A DNA stretch of 63,793 bases, counting the filler, from Octopus bimaculoides (Eukaryota): assembly GCF_001194135.2 (NCBI RefSeq). It is 6 parts of 4 records of this genome, joined end to end, with 100 filler letters (N's around TTAATTAATTAA, not from the genome) between each part and the next. Parts side by side here need not be neighbours in the genome. Positions count along the whole stretch, not along the records: positions 1 to 24,186 come from NC_068982.1; 5 more parts are not named here. One strand, 5' to 3'. The notes beneath the pieces were generated by a model. That model ran no database searches. It saw only the letters and a list, made by a program, of their open reading frames with translations, and was not told the DNA's origin. Shown here one piece after another: positions 1-12,590 of the stretch (position 1 is the stretch's first letter; every line of letters begins with the position of its first letter). The position numbers were made by a program, and so were the translations under genes.

Positions 1-78
<78 letters not shown>

Positions 79-144
79 GCAGACAGACAGACAGACAGAC
101 GGACGGACGGACGGACGGACGGACGGACGGACGGACAGACAGAC

Positions 145-204
<60 letters not shown>
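1..204. repeat. Compound tetranucleotide microsatellite (AGAT)n/(AGAC)n/(GGAC)n
   Basis: Directly visible tandem repeats. Confidence 0.98.
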
Positions 205-206
<2 letters not shown>

Positions 207-415
207 CACGCTCTTTTTAAATCCACAGCTCTGCGAGGCAGCTACTCTTCAGCTATGTACACTTTTGTTTGATATGAAAATAAAGATCACGAATAGTGTG
301 TTAAGATTTATTAAAACCTTACCCATATAGAATAATGTAACAGAATATTTTCAGTAGATAATGTGTTTGATTTTGCTGTATGATTAAGGGTACACTGCTT
401 GTTACATGCTTATTT

Positions 416-471
416 TGTCGTTCCATAAATTTTCAATGACTTATAAGTCATTGAAAATTTATGGAACGACA
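416..471. repeat. Perfect 56-bp palindrome with no spacer
   Basis: tgtcgttccataaattttcaatgactta|taagtcattgaaaatttatggaacgaca; two 28-nt arms that are exact reverse complements, centre at 443/444. Confidence 0.97.
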
Positions 472-1399
472 TTGTCACAGTAGATAGGTAAGAAAAAGAA
501 ACCAGTGTTTTCTCGCAGAGAGCTGCATACAGCCTCTTTCTTGTGTATTCACTTGTAAACGCAAAGATAAAAATAGGTAACATCTCGATGTAGAAGAAGT
601 GGTAAGTATATAATAAAGAAAATAATTTTTTAAAAGATGTTCTTTCTTAAGGCTACAACTTCAATACTACTAGTATGGACTTCATAGTAACTCAAGAATC
701 AAACGCTTCAGACAAACTACAATTTCAAAAGATATTATGTATGTCATGGCTCTCTCTATATTCCGAAACAATTTTATATTTTATAAAATATTCGTGGAAA
801 TTCTATTGGCGCTGCTAGTAATTTATGAAAAAAATGTAATTGAAAACGGACAATCGATGTAGCTGTTTTACTTTCAGGCATTTTTTGTGAAATTTCAATT
901 TATTTCATTTGCAAAGGAATACTTAGACTATGTCACTTTCAACTGAATGAAAAGACATTTTTTCAATGACTTTTGTCAGAAGAGTTACTATACCTACTTT
1001 CGACTGAATTGGAATATGATATATTGAAAATAATATTAAAGCTATGGTTATTTAGGATGACTTGTTTCTGTTTTATAGACATGAGATGTAGATTTTTCTT
1101 GTGAAATATATAATCCAAAGTTATATCGAATTTTGATGTCCAATTTTCATTTAAAACAAATTTATCTGATATACGTAACTTCCGAAAACATTACTTTCAC
1201 AAAGAAGATGAGAAATATGTTTATGCAATATTCATATAATTTTCAACTGATTCAAGAATGTAAGTGAATTGAAACGTCACATCTACGATTCAAAATGTAA
1301 GTGAAATATTCAGTACGGCAGCCATTATATCACATCTTTGAATACTGAAAAATAGGAAAGCGAATGACAACTCTCAATATATTTGCATTTGTATACTTT

Positions 1400-2460
1400 G
1401 CAAATGATAAGACTAGGCAATAGATAAATGTCCAGATATTTCAAAACGCCATCTCTCTTATATTGCTAATAAGGTTATTATTCATTGGCTTCAGACATAG
1501 ACTTAACGAAAACAAGGTTTGCTCACGGGCATTTCTTTTCAATCTTCTTAATCAGCTAACTATCTTGTAAAGAACGTTACATCATACTTCTTTCTATACT
1601 CCAAATATGACAAAGCTTCTAACATGTTTCAACATTTCTGTTATAATTTCTTGAAGCGTATTTTAATTACAATGACACACTTTTTCAAAATCAATGAAAC
1701 TCTAATTTGTTAATCGAATCAACAATGAGGTTTGCCTTAAGAAACAAATCTGCACAAAGTAGATTTTCTATTGAATCTTGACAATCTAAGTTTGGAGATA
1801 TTTTCCCAATCAACGGCATACATGAACGGTCTTATAACTGTTATTATATGATTTATAATTAGTTATTCTAACCCCCAGAATTCCAAGTTCCCATCCTGTT
1901 TTAGGAATTGCAATACTTCCCCCAAAAAAACATTAAATTCTTTAAAACCTTGTCTGCTTATCAATAAATCAAAACTTTTATGGTAAGCTAATTCATCGGT
2001 ATAACCAGCAACAATGTTGTTCTTGTTAACTTTCCGGTCAACACGAATTAAAATATATGAATTAAGATACTTCTGCGTTAACCATACTGCCTTAGCTTCG
2101 TCAAATATAGTATAACTACGACGACATCAATCAACTTGTCCTAATTTCTTTAAGTTTGTAAGAAACATTTTGAAGGCGAATTTGTTGCTACTACTCTCAG
2201 GCAAGAGATTGCATAAGAACTGTAACTGACTAGTGTATCAATACTTTATTATTCTGATGTGCATATATTCCCAGGGAATTCAAATTAAGATGTGGTTGGC
2301 TTTGCTAGTTTGATATACGCAAGATACAGAAATTTTAAATATCCATCATCACAGTCAGGATTTCTCATTTATTTTCTCTTCAAACATGTCTACTGCACAA
2401 ATATTTTCCAAACATTATGAAATGCCTATATTCATAGACTTTGGACAGCAACTGTTGCAT
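1400..2460 (-). pseudogene. Decayed coding sequence of unidentified family
   Basis: Manual translation gives a frame of about 180 codons (about 2280 to 1737) with only three internal stops in AT-rich DNA: ...QLQFLCNLLPESSSNKFAFKMFLTNLKKLGQVD*CRRSYTIFDEAKAVWLTQKYLNSYILIRVDRKVNKNNIVAGYTDELAYHKSFDLLISRQGFKEFNVFLGEVLQFLKQDGNLEFWGLE*LIINHIITVIRPFMYAVDWENI. Protein-like blocks continue in shifted frames. Confidence 0.45.
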
Positions 2461-2632
2461 TTCCAATTATGTAACCGAGCACTTAAAACTGATTACTTTA
2501 AACAACATATTTTAGAGAATCGATTACGATAACTTTATCGATATATATTCTGTATGTGTGTGTGCAGGTACGTACTACATGCATGCATGTATGTATGCAT
2601 ATATGTAAGTATACATGTTTATATAAGCACAT

Positions 2633-2635
<3 letters not shown>

Positions 2636-2720
<85 letters not shown>
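2636..2720. repeat. (TG)n microsatellite
   Basis: Direct. Confidence 0.98.
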
Positions 2721-2722
<2 letters not shown>

Positions 2723-3071
2723 ATGAATGTTTGTGTGTGGTATGCATAAAGCACGGCCGACGTTGTTATAGCAAAAAATGCGTATGTTTATTCAGACTCA
2801 TCAGATGACTTAAGTATCAGACGCTGTGCAAATGTGTGAATATACATTAGATTTGACATAAATGAAATAGTAAGGGGAAGGGCGTGCAATGAGTAAAGTA
2901 GGATGTGAGATGATAATATAGAAAGTTGGAGGGAAGGGGAAACGTAAGAAGAGAGTAGAATGCTGGAAGTATAGTTTGCCGGTGGGGTGACGAATATTAG
3001 GGAGATAAAGGGCTGGGTGATAGAGATGTAACTCTCCTGATACAAAATGGCCTCTAAGGAAACAACAACAA

Positions 3072-3310
3072 TAATAATAATAATAATAATAATAAATGCC
3101 CGGATGCAGTACCAGGCAGTGGCTCTCATGGCTTCTGGTATCAATTGATTGGAAGTGTTATCATGTACATTGTTTGTCTTGGTATAAAAAATGGGCTACA
3201 GCAAATATTCTGCTTAATACCACAGATTTGCTTGTCAGTTGTTTGACCTTAACCAGTTGAGCATGTCCCTTGGTGGTTGACGATATGTGCATCTCTGCTC
3301 ATGAGCAGAA
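3072..3310. mobile_element. Fragment of a dispersed retroposon next to an (AAT)n tract
   Basis: (AAT)n run followed by gcccggatgcagtaccaggcagtggctctcatggc..., recalled as a high-copy octopus repeat; family not assigned. Confidence 0.45.
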
Positions 3311-3313
3311 GTA

Positions 3314-3660
3314 GTGAATCATGTGAAGTCACATGAAAATCGAAATACCCAGGTTGGTAATAATCTTGAACACCAGCCGCTTCTTACAACTTGTGTCATA
3401 TGTCACAAAACTTGTAAGATGATATCTGGACTTAAAAGACATGTGTTAGTTCACAAAACGTTCCTTCAGAATCAGATTCCAATGGGCAAAGATGTAGAAG
3501 AACTTTGAATAATATCTATCACTTGTGTTTTAAGCTCTGTCGGTCAGAAGCTGGTCTTAAAACTCATCTGAAGGGTCGTCAATGGAATGATTTTGCTGTG
3601 TGATGGGGTGTGGTGAGTGTGTTGATGGGTCGGCTGACATCTATCAAGATGAAGCAAGCA
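3314..3660 (+). mobile_element. 3' end of an RTE-clade-like LINE with C-terminal C2H2 motifs
   Basis: CVICHKTCKMISGLKRHVLVH, plus a second frameshifted finger (HLCFKLCRSEAGLKTHL), then a short 3' UTR ending gatgaagcaagc in a microsatellite. Confidence 0.55.
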
Positions 3661-3830
3661 TCATGTATGTATATATGTATATATGTATATATATATGTAT
3701 GTATGTATGTATGCATGCATGCATGCATGTAGGTAGGTATGTAGCTAGGTAAGTAGGTAGGCAGGTAGCTAGGTAAGTAGGTAGGCAGGTAGGTAGGTAG
3801 GTAGGTAGGTAGGTAGGTAAGTAGGTAGGC
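3661..3830. repeat. Compound (TATG)n/(GTAG)n microsatellite
   Basis: Direct. Confidence 0.95.
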
Positions 3831-6800
3831 ACAAAGGATTATTTTTTAAATATTAAGATAACGGAGTTATAACTATATATGAACAAAATGTATATCTTGT
3901 CTCAGGGTGAAAGAAATTACCGAGATCAAACCAGGGGGCTTTCGGCATATTGAAATTGTGAAGGAACCAACCAATCTCGTCTTTTACTCAAAGTTCCATC
4001 AGTCCGTTTCTTCCGTAAGTACTTGAAGCTGCTACTGTTATGAATGTTTGAGCTAAAAATAGAAAATCTAAAAAAGCCCGTGATCACCGTCGCTGAACGT
4101 AATGAAGATAGTGGTACTATTTTGATGACTGGACATTAATAACTAAAGTATCAGTACAGCGTGGGTTAGGAGTGACTGTACGACGTTCTATTCATGCGTC
4201 TGATAAACATATTAAGTCTTGCTGTAAAAACAGTTTACGTGTTTAATCCCACAAATTCCTGCAATTTCGAACATGTTTATTTTGGCTTCGGTTTTATTCA
4301 AAGACTCATTCCAACTAATTATTAATATATGCCTGTGTATTTGTGTGTTCATGTAATATTGCTAAATTTGCATTAGACATGTGTGTATGTGTGTGTGTAT
4401 ATATGTATGAAAATAGTATTAAAACATCATTTTCATGTTAATTTTATGAATTTCGTATTGTTTATCCCCTTTCCTGAGTACTTATATTTATATCTTGAAA
4501 TACTAATATGTTGACATTTACTGGAGAAATATTAAACTTGTCTGCTGAGTGATTAAGTCTGCATACTGCAGAAAATATCTCAGTAGACTTATCTTGATGA
4601 GTGAATGTTAACTTACCAATATTTATCAAATAGTAATGTATTATTGTCGGTCTACAATGCTGACAACAGTTGATATCACAATCCGAAAGACTAGCCAATG
4701 AAATAGTTCTTATGTAGTTACACAACTGGATAGAAATATCAACCAATTTTCTTTCAACACTTCACTGTCGTCTTTAAAATGATATTTGATAATGTGGTAG
4801 GGAGTATACGATGTCGGAAAGAAAAGACGATATGGTAATGGCCGGAATGCCTTTAATCATAGTTGACCTATGATTAAACTCAGTGCTAATCCAATAAAAC
4901 TGGCTTGAAGGATCCTTTTTAACATTGCAGAGATTTATATTATATACTATTATATTGGACTAGTGACCTCATTCTTTTTCGGTTCTTTAAGTCATAGCGT
5001 TTGGCTTTCTTCATGTGCCCGTCATATTCTTTAACGCTCTCGGAATTTTGAACCGAAGCCTGTATTAAATTCACGGTGTTATATACTTCTAAGTTCGCTG
5101 TAAATATCAGGGGTATTCTTCTATTAGTTATTCTGCTGTTTATGATGCGGCCTGTTATTTCGGCTTCAACCAACGTTAAAATAAATTAACTGACACATGC
5201 ATTGAATTAAACCACTAATTAAGCCCACTAATTAAACCACTTCACCTAACACTTGACATTAAGACAATTTAACAAGAAAAATAAATGTTTTCAAGATACA
5301 TCTTTTTATATTTGGTGCGTAGCACTCTGGTTACGAATGCTTGTCTCACCGTCATAATATCGTAGATGCGGTTCGTGGACCTGGCAGTGCGCTGTTTTCT
5401 TGCGAAAGCACTTCATTGCATATTACACCAGTCCACTAAGCTGAAATGAGTACCAGCCCAGGACTGATGCATCCCTATTTCCCGCCAATTGTCACATGCT
5501 AATTCTTCTACTGGTTAAGGGCGAGATGTCCGAGAGGGTGTCTATATCTGCGCATACCTGCATAGCTATCTAAAACAACTGGCAAAAGCATGGTACACGC
5601 TGCCAAGTCATACTTGATTACGAGTGACGGCTATGGAGTTTTAAATCTGTCTTGATTAAAAGCTTCCATATGATGTTTATCTCTATCCAAGGCTTGTTAA
5701 AGAGATTATGAAATCCCAGTATATGCGCTGATTCTTTCAGTTGCCTTCCCTCCTAATATTGTTTACTATCCATTATCTTAGCTTTGTTCTATAAGCGCTG
5801 CTAACTTCTCTTTTCTTTCCATTAAGGATCAGCCTTAACTGATTTATATAAACTTTATGATTCAATCATTATTTACATTCCATGTACTAACAACTAGCTT
5901 CATTGCTTTCGAGGTCGCTTTATGATAACGATGTATAAGATTATTTTAAGCAAGATGTCAAGTGAGGAATAAATAGGATTGTATACTGTTCTTGTTCTAA
6001 AAGTTGTAGATCATATACCAAGTGAAACTTTTAATGATGTGCATCAAATCTATTCATACACGACTTCTAAGAAGATTTGTAACCGATAAAAATTTTTAAA
6101 TTATTTATGTGAAGATTTAAAACGTTTAAAATCTCTCGGTATTTCAAACAATAAATCAAACAGTAATTGTCTTACTTACATATTTTATATTTATAAATAG
6201 CTGAAGTATTGGTTAATAGTTAAGGTCTTTTTTTTTATTGATCTCAAGACTACAGATATAAAAAATATCAATATCCATATATTATCCTAAAGCATCAAGT
6301 AATAGTAGCAATATGAAGCAGATGCAACCGAAATCAGTATATAGTCGCAGATTCATGTTACCTTTGGCTTTGCAGCACATACGAATCAACTCTTATTTAA
6401 GCTCTAATTAGAATTGTAGTTTAGAATTTTAAAGTTTACAATTTTAAATTTCTTTTAAACCGATTTACATGATTTCATATAATCAAATATTTAAGTGAAT
6501 GTTTGAAGTAGGTGTTTATTGTTGTCAAATATTCTTTCTTTGTTGCAAGATTTAAAAGAAATATATAGGTATATACATTATATTGTAAATGTCTGAAATC
6601 GTACTCTTTATGTACATATTCTAGTTTCTAAAATATTTAACCATCATTTTCTCAAACTTGTATTGCTTTAAATATGGCATAAAACCTCAGAAAACCTATT
6701 TTACGCAAGTAATTTGTCACACAAAAGGAGAATTTGTGATAAAAATTCTATTCAAATCAGTCTGAATCAGCAGTCCCCTCTAGGAGGACAAAACAATTCT

Positions 6801-7504
6801 TTATCATTTGTATTCTCAAATAGCTCACTCTAGATATGTGTTTATATAATGACGAGAAATGATTACACTGGTATTTGCCTGCCGGCTAATGTAATATTAA
6901 CTGATACACTAGTTTTTCTCTTTAGATAATGATAAGAAATGAATTCACAAAAAACTACAGACAATAAGTATTGGTAAGAATAATTTACGAAAAAGGAATT
7001 GGAAACAATGTTTAAGTCATATCTCTCCACTTCATAGTCACACAACTTGCGTAAGATTTGCAAACTATATCAATAATCCATAGCGAAATAAATATTTAGC
7101 CTATTTATTTCAAAACAATATCCAAGACATTCAGTTTAAAGCGTCTTTGTATTCATCGGTTGTCAGCAAGTAATACATTGTTAACTAGTAATACATAAAT
7201 AGACACCGGTATGTGAAGCATCAAGAGACCGGGGAGACCCTCTCTAATCACCCATTCTACAAAAGTTTGCAACCAGAATTCCATCATATCATACACTACT
7301 ATCTTAAAATTATAAACAAAAACAAAGAAAAGACACATCGAATAAAATAGTTCAATATATACCGCCTAAAGTATAGACGGAATGTTCATGACTGAAATAC
7401 CTTCCATCAAAGAATAGTTACACATTCAGAGCTGATCTAGTTAAATTTATGGCAACAATTTTAAGAAAACCAATGCATTTATTCGATTCAACAAAAGCGC
7501 ATTC

Positions 7505-7700
7505 ACTTGGTTGTTTGACTAGCTAGAAATAGCAACCAAATCATTTTCAAGCCATATCTTGCCGTCTAAAATACTACACTTTGAATAATGTTGTCCTGTG
7601 TACGCTATGTCTGAAAAAGATGCGATAGTCGTAGATGGAATGACTTTGGTCATAAGTATGCTCATTCAAGACTGACTGGGAGCTAAACAATAACAACATC
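7505..7700 (+). mobile_element. Degenerate SINE-like repeat, family B (gctagaaatagc... to ...gctaaacaacaac tail)
   Basis: Similar to copies at 10395-10580 and 14145-14335. Confidence 0.55.
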
Positions 7701-8199
7701 AACTTTAGTAAAAGACAGATCTATCAAAATATAATAGACAGAGATTTGTATAAAGTGAAGCATAACTATCCATATCTCTTTAACTGACCGTGGATCTTTA
7801 CTGTTTCATTCGCAATGTCCGATTTTTTGTCACATTTTCTTCACTAATGTGATTTAGCATTCTAATTACGAAAATTACATTTAGTTTTGATACAGTCATA
7901 ATAAAAAAAAAACAGTTATAATCATATAAACTGTGACGGCTGGTACATCGATAATAGAGCGTTTCGATTGGCTCAAGTCTCAACATTTGAAGTTTTGTAA
8001 CTTTTATTATTACAATGTATCAAAAATGAATGATACTTCGTAATTAGCATGCGAAACTAAATGTATCGAACATTTGAACTAAATCAAACACTACGAATGA
8101 AACGACAAAGATTGTAAACAATTACCCGCATTACATGCTACTTTATATGTTAATTTATATATTTTATTTTTCATGACATTTTCTAGCATAGACATAAAT

Positions 8200-8362
8200 C
8201 CTGAAATTCGGAAGAAGGGGTCAGCCGACCCCAATACTTCACTGGCAGTTTATTTTATCATCCTCAAAAATACGAAAGGTAAAAGTTTTCTTTAGATAGA
8301 TTTGAACTCTGAATGTAAAGAGCTGGACCAAAGCATTTTATGACAATCTAACGATTCTACCA
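8200..8362 (-). mobile_element. Degenerate SINE family C
   Basis: Reverse complement resembles ...tctgagttcaaat...cctttcatcc...aagtaccagt of the 52712 copy. Confidence 0.5.
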
Positions 8363-8749
8363 AACTACCGCTTGTTTGTCAATTTCAGACTTAAAGCGGA
8401 GGATAAATGAGATTGTGTGATGTCAGTATTGTCAAACTTATTTGGATTATATCTTAGGAAATAAATCTGTACAACCAAGTATAAATATGAAGCTTCTGTC
8501 AGAACTAGGCGAGTCAGCAAGTGGACTACGTGACGAAATTTGTTTTTCAAATGTATAAGTAACTGAAAGCTTTTTCTTTTTTATTCTTTGGTTACCGTTT
8601 AACAGTAATGATATGAAGCTTCTAAAATTAAACGCTGAGGTTATGTTTCAACCAATAAATCACATAGTAATCTATCTTGTTCACACAACTCCTGTGGCAA
8701 GATTGATTGTTATATATTTAATTTTTTTCGTATCTTAAGGTGTGTGTGT

Positions 8750-8811
<62 letters not shown>

Positions 8812-10394
8812 NNNNNNNNNNNNNNNNNNNNNNNNNNNNNNNNNNNNNNNNNNNNNNNNNNNNNNNNNNNNNNNNNNNNNNNNNNNNNNNNNNNNNNNNN
8901 NNNNNNNNNNNNNNNNNNNNNNNNNNNNNNNNNNNNNNNNNNNNNNNNNNNNNNNNNNNNNNNNNNNNNNNNNNNNNNNNNNNNNNNNNNNNNNNNNNNN
9001 NNNNNNNNNNNNNNNNNNNNNNNNNNNNNNNNNNNNNNNNNNNNNNNNNNNNNNNNNNNNNNNNNNNNNNNNNNNNNNNNNNNNNNNNNNNNNNNNNNNN
9101 NNNNNNNNNNNNNNNNNNNNNNNNNNNNNNNNNNNNNNNNNNNNNNNNNNNNNNCAATCATACACACATGGGCATAAACAACACACGCATATACAATAGC
9201 AAACGCACACACACACACACACACACACAACAGAAACACATACACGCATAATAATCCCCATAATGAACTCGACATAAAACAGTTGAATACAAATTCTCGT
9301 ATGAAAAGAAACGCATAACAGAAAATATTTTTTGAGATGAAAACAATGTAGAAATTCAACAATAATGATAAACAACAGAAAAATGTAAAGGAACAGCGTG
9401 AGTGTAAAAATAATAGGCGGTAACATATGGTCCGAACAAAACTTTAATCACTATGTTCATTGCTACGAAGCAATTTATATAATTAACAAATGTTTATTGT
9501 TTTCAATAATTAGCGTTTTGTTCAATGAGAGATATTTTGTATAGATTTCAAGACCAGCAAAGATAACTGCAACAATAAAATACCTTGCCACAAGCAATGT
9601 AACCAGCGCAAACAATATGTTACACAGGGACCTGTAATTTGAAATCTTAAGCTTTTTTTTTTCTTAATTATATGATTCCTCAAACTGAAATGTTTTAATT
9701 AATTTGTCTGCTAAGCGCTTATTTTTATTGTGTGGTATCCTTTCTAAGATTATTATCTTTGTTGAAGATTTGATTGTGATAAGAATATGGACATGCTATT
9801 GTATATAATGTGAACTAAACCCAAGTCTTCATATGAAGAAATCGAAGTCTGAAATATCTGGCAATCATTACTATATTTAACTCATGTTTTTCTATTTTAT
9901 TTTCACGTACTTAATGATTAGGGTTATATTTTTTCTTAGAAGTTTAGATTTGTAATCGACATCCTTAATCAATATTGTTATAACTAATGCACCCAGTTTT
10001 ATTCAAGCAAAATATGTTTTCTTCAAGTACAATATCTTGATAGTTTACGCGTTTAAAGTCTCATTGTAGTTATTATCATTAGCAGCTAGTAATAAGTTGG
10101 TGAGAATCATATGAAGCCTCGAGAAACTTGTTCGAAAAAGTATAATCTTAGTAAAAAGCACCCAAATTTCCCTTGAATCATACTCTACAGTCTTATAATA
10201 AGAAAAGAAAAGAGGTTCAAACATTAGATAACATGGTCCTAGAGACACAGTTTGAAGTAAGCGTGAGACATCTTTTGCATGACTGTTTCTGATTCATTGA
10301 GAGCTTACCTCTGGATAAACAACAATAACAACAAGGTCAACAAATTCCAGCAAGGAAATTCGTGCCCTTTCGTTTAAATCAGAAAGATAGATGC

Positions 10395-10580
10395 CACTGA
10401 GCCTCTAGAAATAATAGTCAAATGTCCTTCAATTCATATCTTACTATCATATATTTAAAAAAAAAGGGAAGGAAAATTTGGATAATGTATTTCTTGATAT
10501 ACCATATCTGAAAATAAGAGTTGGTGATCACGGTTAGAATGCTTTTGAGCATAGTTTTGACGCGGGCCTAAACAACAACA
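10395..10580 (+). mobile_element. SINE-like repeat, family B
   Basis: ctagaaataatagtcaaat... to ...gggcctaaacaacaac; matches the other family B copies. Confidence 0.55.
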
Positions 10581-11649
10581 AAGAAAGCAAAATCAAAGAA
10601 AGGGGCCAAAGAATGTCTTTTATGATCGCTACTACAGTTGTTAGTGCAGTAGCTTTATCTCTTCAACTAAATTCTTGCTATCTTTTAAAATGGGGAATTT
10701 GTGCTTAATTTCTAAGTCAGTCAATAACAAAATATTATGGCCACAACTGGAAATGCTAATCAAATACTACGGCGCCATATCTTAGGTGGCTGAAGTAGAA
10801 ATATTCGAGGACATTGTCAATAAATGTTATGTAGAATGTCATTTAATAACTGAACTACCCAAGAATCAGTAAACATATATGAATTACACTTATATAGAAA
10901 TTTCAACAACGTTAAATGATTCCACTCAATAGTATTGATACATTTTCCTATTCTAAAACTGTAATATTTCTTTTCGGTGAATAAATATACACTAAGAAAG
11001 TGGCAATCTAACGATGCTTGTTTTAATTTAACTTGTTCTTTTTTTTTTTTAATAAATATTGATATTGACCATAAAAGCATATGCATACTCTTTTCGCTGA
11101 AGACATTTTATTCTAAATATCTCTGGCCAGCTCACTGTAGGTACAGGTTCTGCACCGTATAGGAATTTCGATTGTAGCTAATAAACACCTTTAGGCCCGC
11201 GTCAAACCTATGTTCAAAAGATAACTTATAGCAACATTTAGCTGTTGGCCAAACACCTCTGCTCATTCAGATGCAAACTGACAGAAAAAAATATATAAAA
11301 GTTAATAGACATGATAAAAGCCGGAGCAAAGTAGATTCTTCGAGATCATCCGATATCAGGAATTTACTGATTTGATATCAGCGGCAGTCAAATATGGTAG
11401 GACTTCGATTGAACAAGGTGGGGAATTCTATTATAAAGAGAAGACTGTTTAATATATGTTTTTGCAGTTATTTTCGTACGCTTGTCATTCAATTTGATAA
11501 TCTAGTCATTCAAAGTCGCGAAAAAAATTAGCGCCATGAAGTTAGTCATTCAAATTCGTTTTTCGATCATTCAATTTCGCACTTCGGTCAAAGAATTTAG
11601 CATTTACATCAGTTTTAGCTTTTTTAAACTCTGTTTTTCGGGTTTTTCT

Positions 11650-12250
11650 GAGGAGGTTGGTTTTATTTTATTTTTTTTCTCGATGTTGCCCATCCCTCCT
11701 CCTCGTTGCTGCTTATTGATGCCTTGCTACTGCTTTCTCCAGTTCGCTGCTCTCGGGCGTTGTGGTTTCCTTTACCAGTACAAGTTCCTTCTTCTGCTTG
11801 TTCTCCTCTTGAGAGGGTTGCACTCTGCTCTGATGTGAGCTTCCGGCCTTCCACCATCACTAGCAGTCGGCTTTCCCCCACGTACAACACCTCAGGAATT
11901 TCCTCTAAGGTCAGAGTCTCGGCTTGTATCGTCATTCTTACGCTTTGCCCCTGCCAGTTTTTTTTCTCAGTCGCCACTGCTTCTATCAGTGTTATTTACT
12001 CTTCTAGGTCCAACATTACAGCTGTCACCAAACACTCTGCATCCACCTCCGGTGGCACATTATTGATCCTTATTCCGGATGTTCTCCTCCCCATATAAAT
12101 GGGCCGGAGAATCACCTCTTCGGTTCTTAAAGGATTCACCGAATGGAGCCTTGCCTTTTCTGCAGACTTCATCCGACTTCTACAGTCACGAACCTCTTAT
12201 CTCTTGTGAGGTAAGTAATGTCTCTCCCTATCAGCTGGATACAAAACTAA
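11650..12250 (-). mobile_element. Decayed ORF1 (RRM/gag-like) of an L1/Tx1-like non-LTR retrotransposon
   Basis: MKSAEKARLHSVNPLRTEEVILRPIYMGRRTSGIRINNVPPEVDAECLVTAVMLDLEE*ITLIEAVATEKKNWQGQSVRMTIQAETLTLEEIPEVLYVGESRLLVMVEGRK; one in-frame stop and raised GC. The zinc knuckle expected after VEGRK is absent. Confidence 0.55.
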
Positions 12251-12414
12251 TTCCTCCTCGTGCGGGGGAATTAACAACAAATTGCTTTTCAAAAAGCAAT
12301 AACAGTTTTTCCAACAATAAAGACAACAAATAACTATAACAGTAGCAATCAAACTCACCTTCAAATAACACACAGCCAAGGTAATCCAGCCACCAAAAAA
12401 CACAATGTTGCAAT

Positions 12415-12590
12415 GAAAAAGACTTGGATCTTTTATTACCCACAAGAAGCCACAGAGAGGGGACAATACAAAACATGTGAGGACAAAAAGAAAGGGGAAA
12501 TATCGAAAAACGTATATCAAGTTGAGATGAAAAATGAAAAATTGCAAAATGTAATGATGCTTTTCAGCCCCACCTCCAAGCCGCTTCATT
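12415..12590 (-). mobile_element. LINE 3' UTR with poly(A) signal
   Basis: Minus-strand ttgtcctcacatgttttgtattg...cttgtgggtaataaaaga resembles the + strand end at 52290-52345. Confidence 0.45.

Noticed and set aside
519-601. Exon-like + strand segments at 519-601 and 6926-6973
   Set aside because: Plausible AG/GT sites but stop-rich, and such sites are common by chance in AT-rich DNA; unsupported without RNA data.
3314-3508. C2H2 motif as a member of the expanded host zinc-finger gene family
   Set aside because: No TGEKP linkers, the second finger is frameshifted, and a LINE-like tail follows; best explained as an RTE 3' end.
4940-5173. 77-aa minus-strand ORF
   Set aside because: TTG start, no recognisable motif and no good splice sites.
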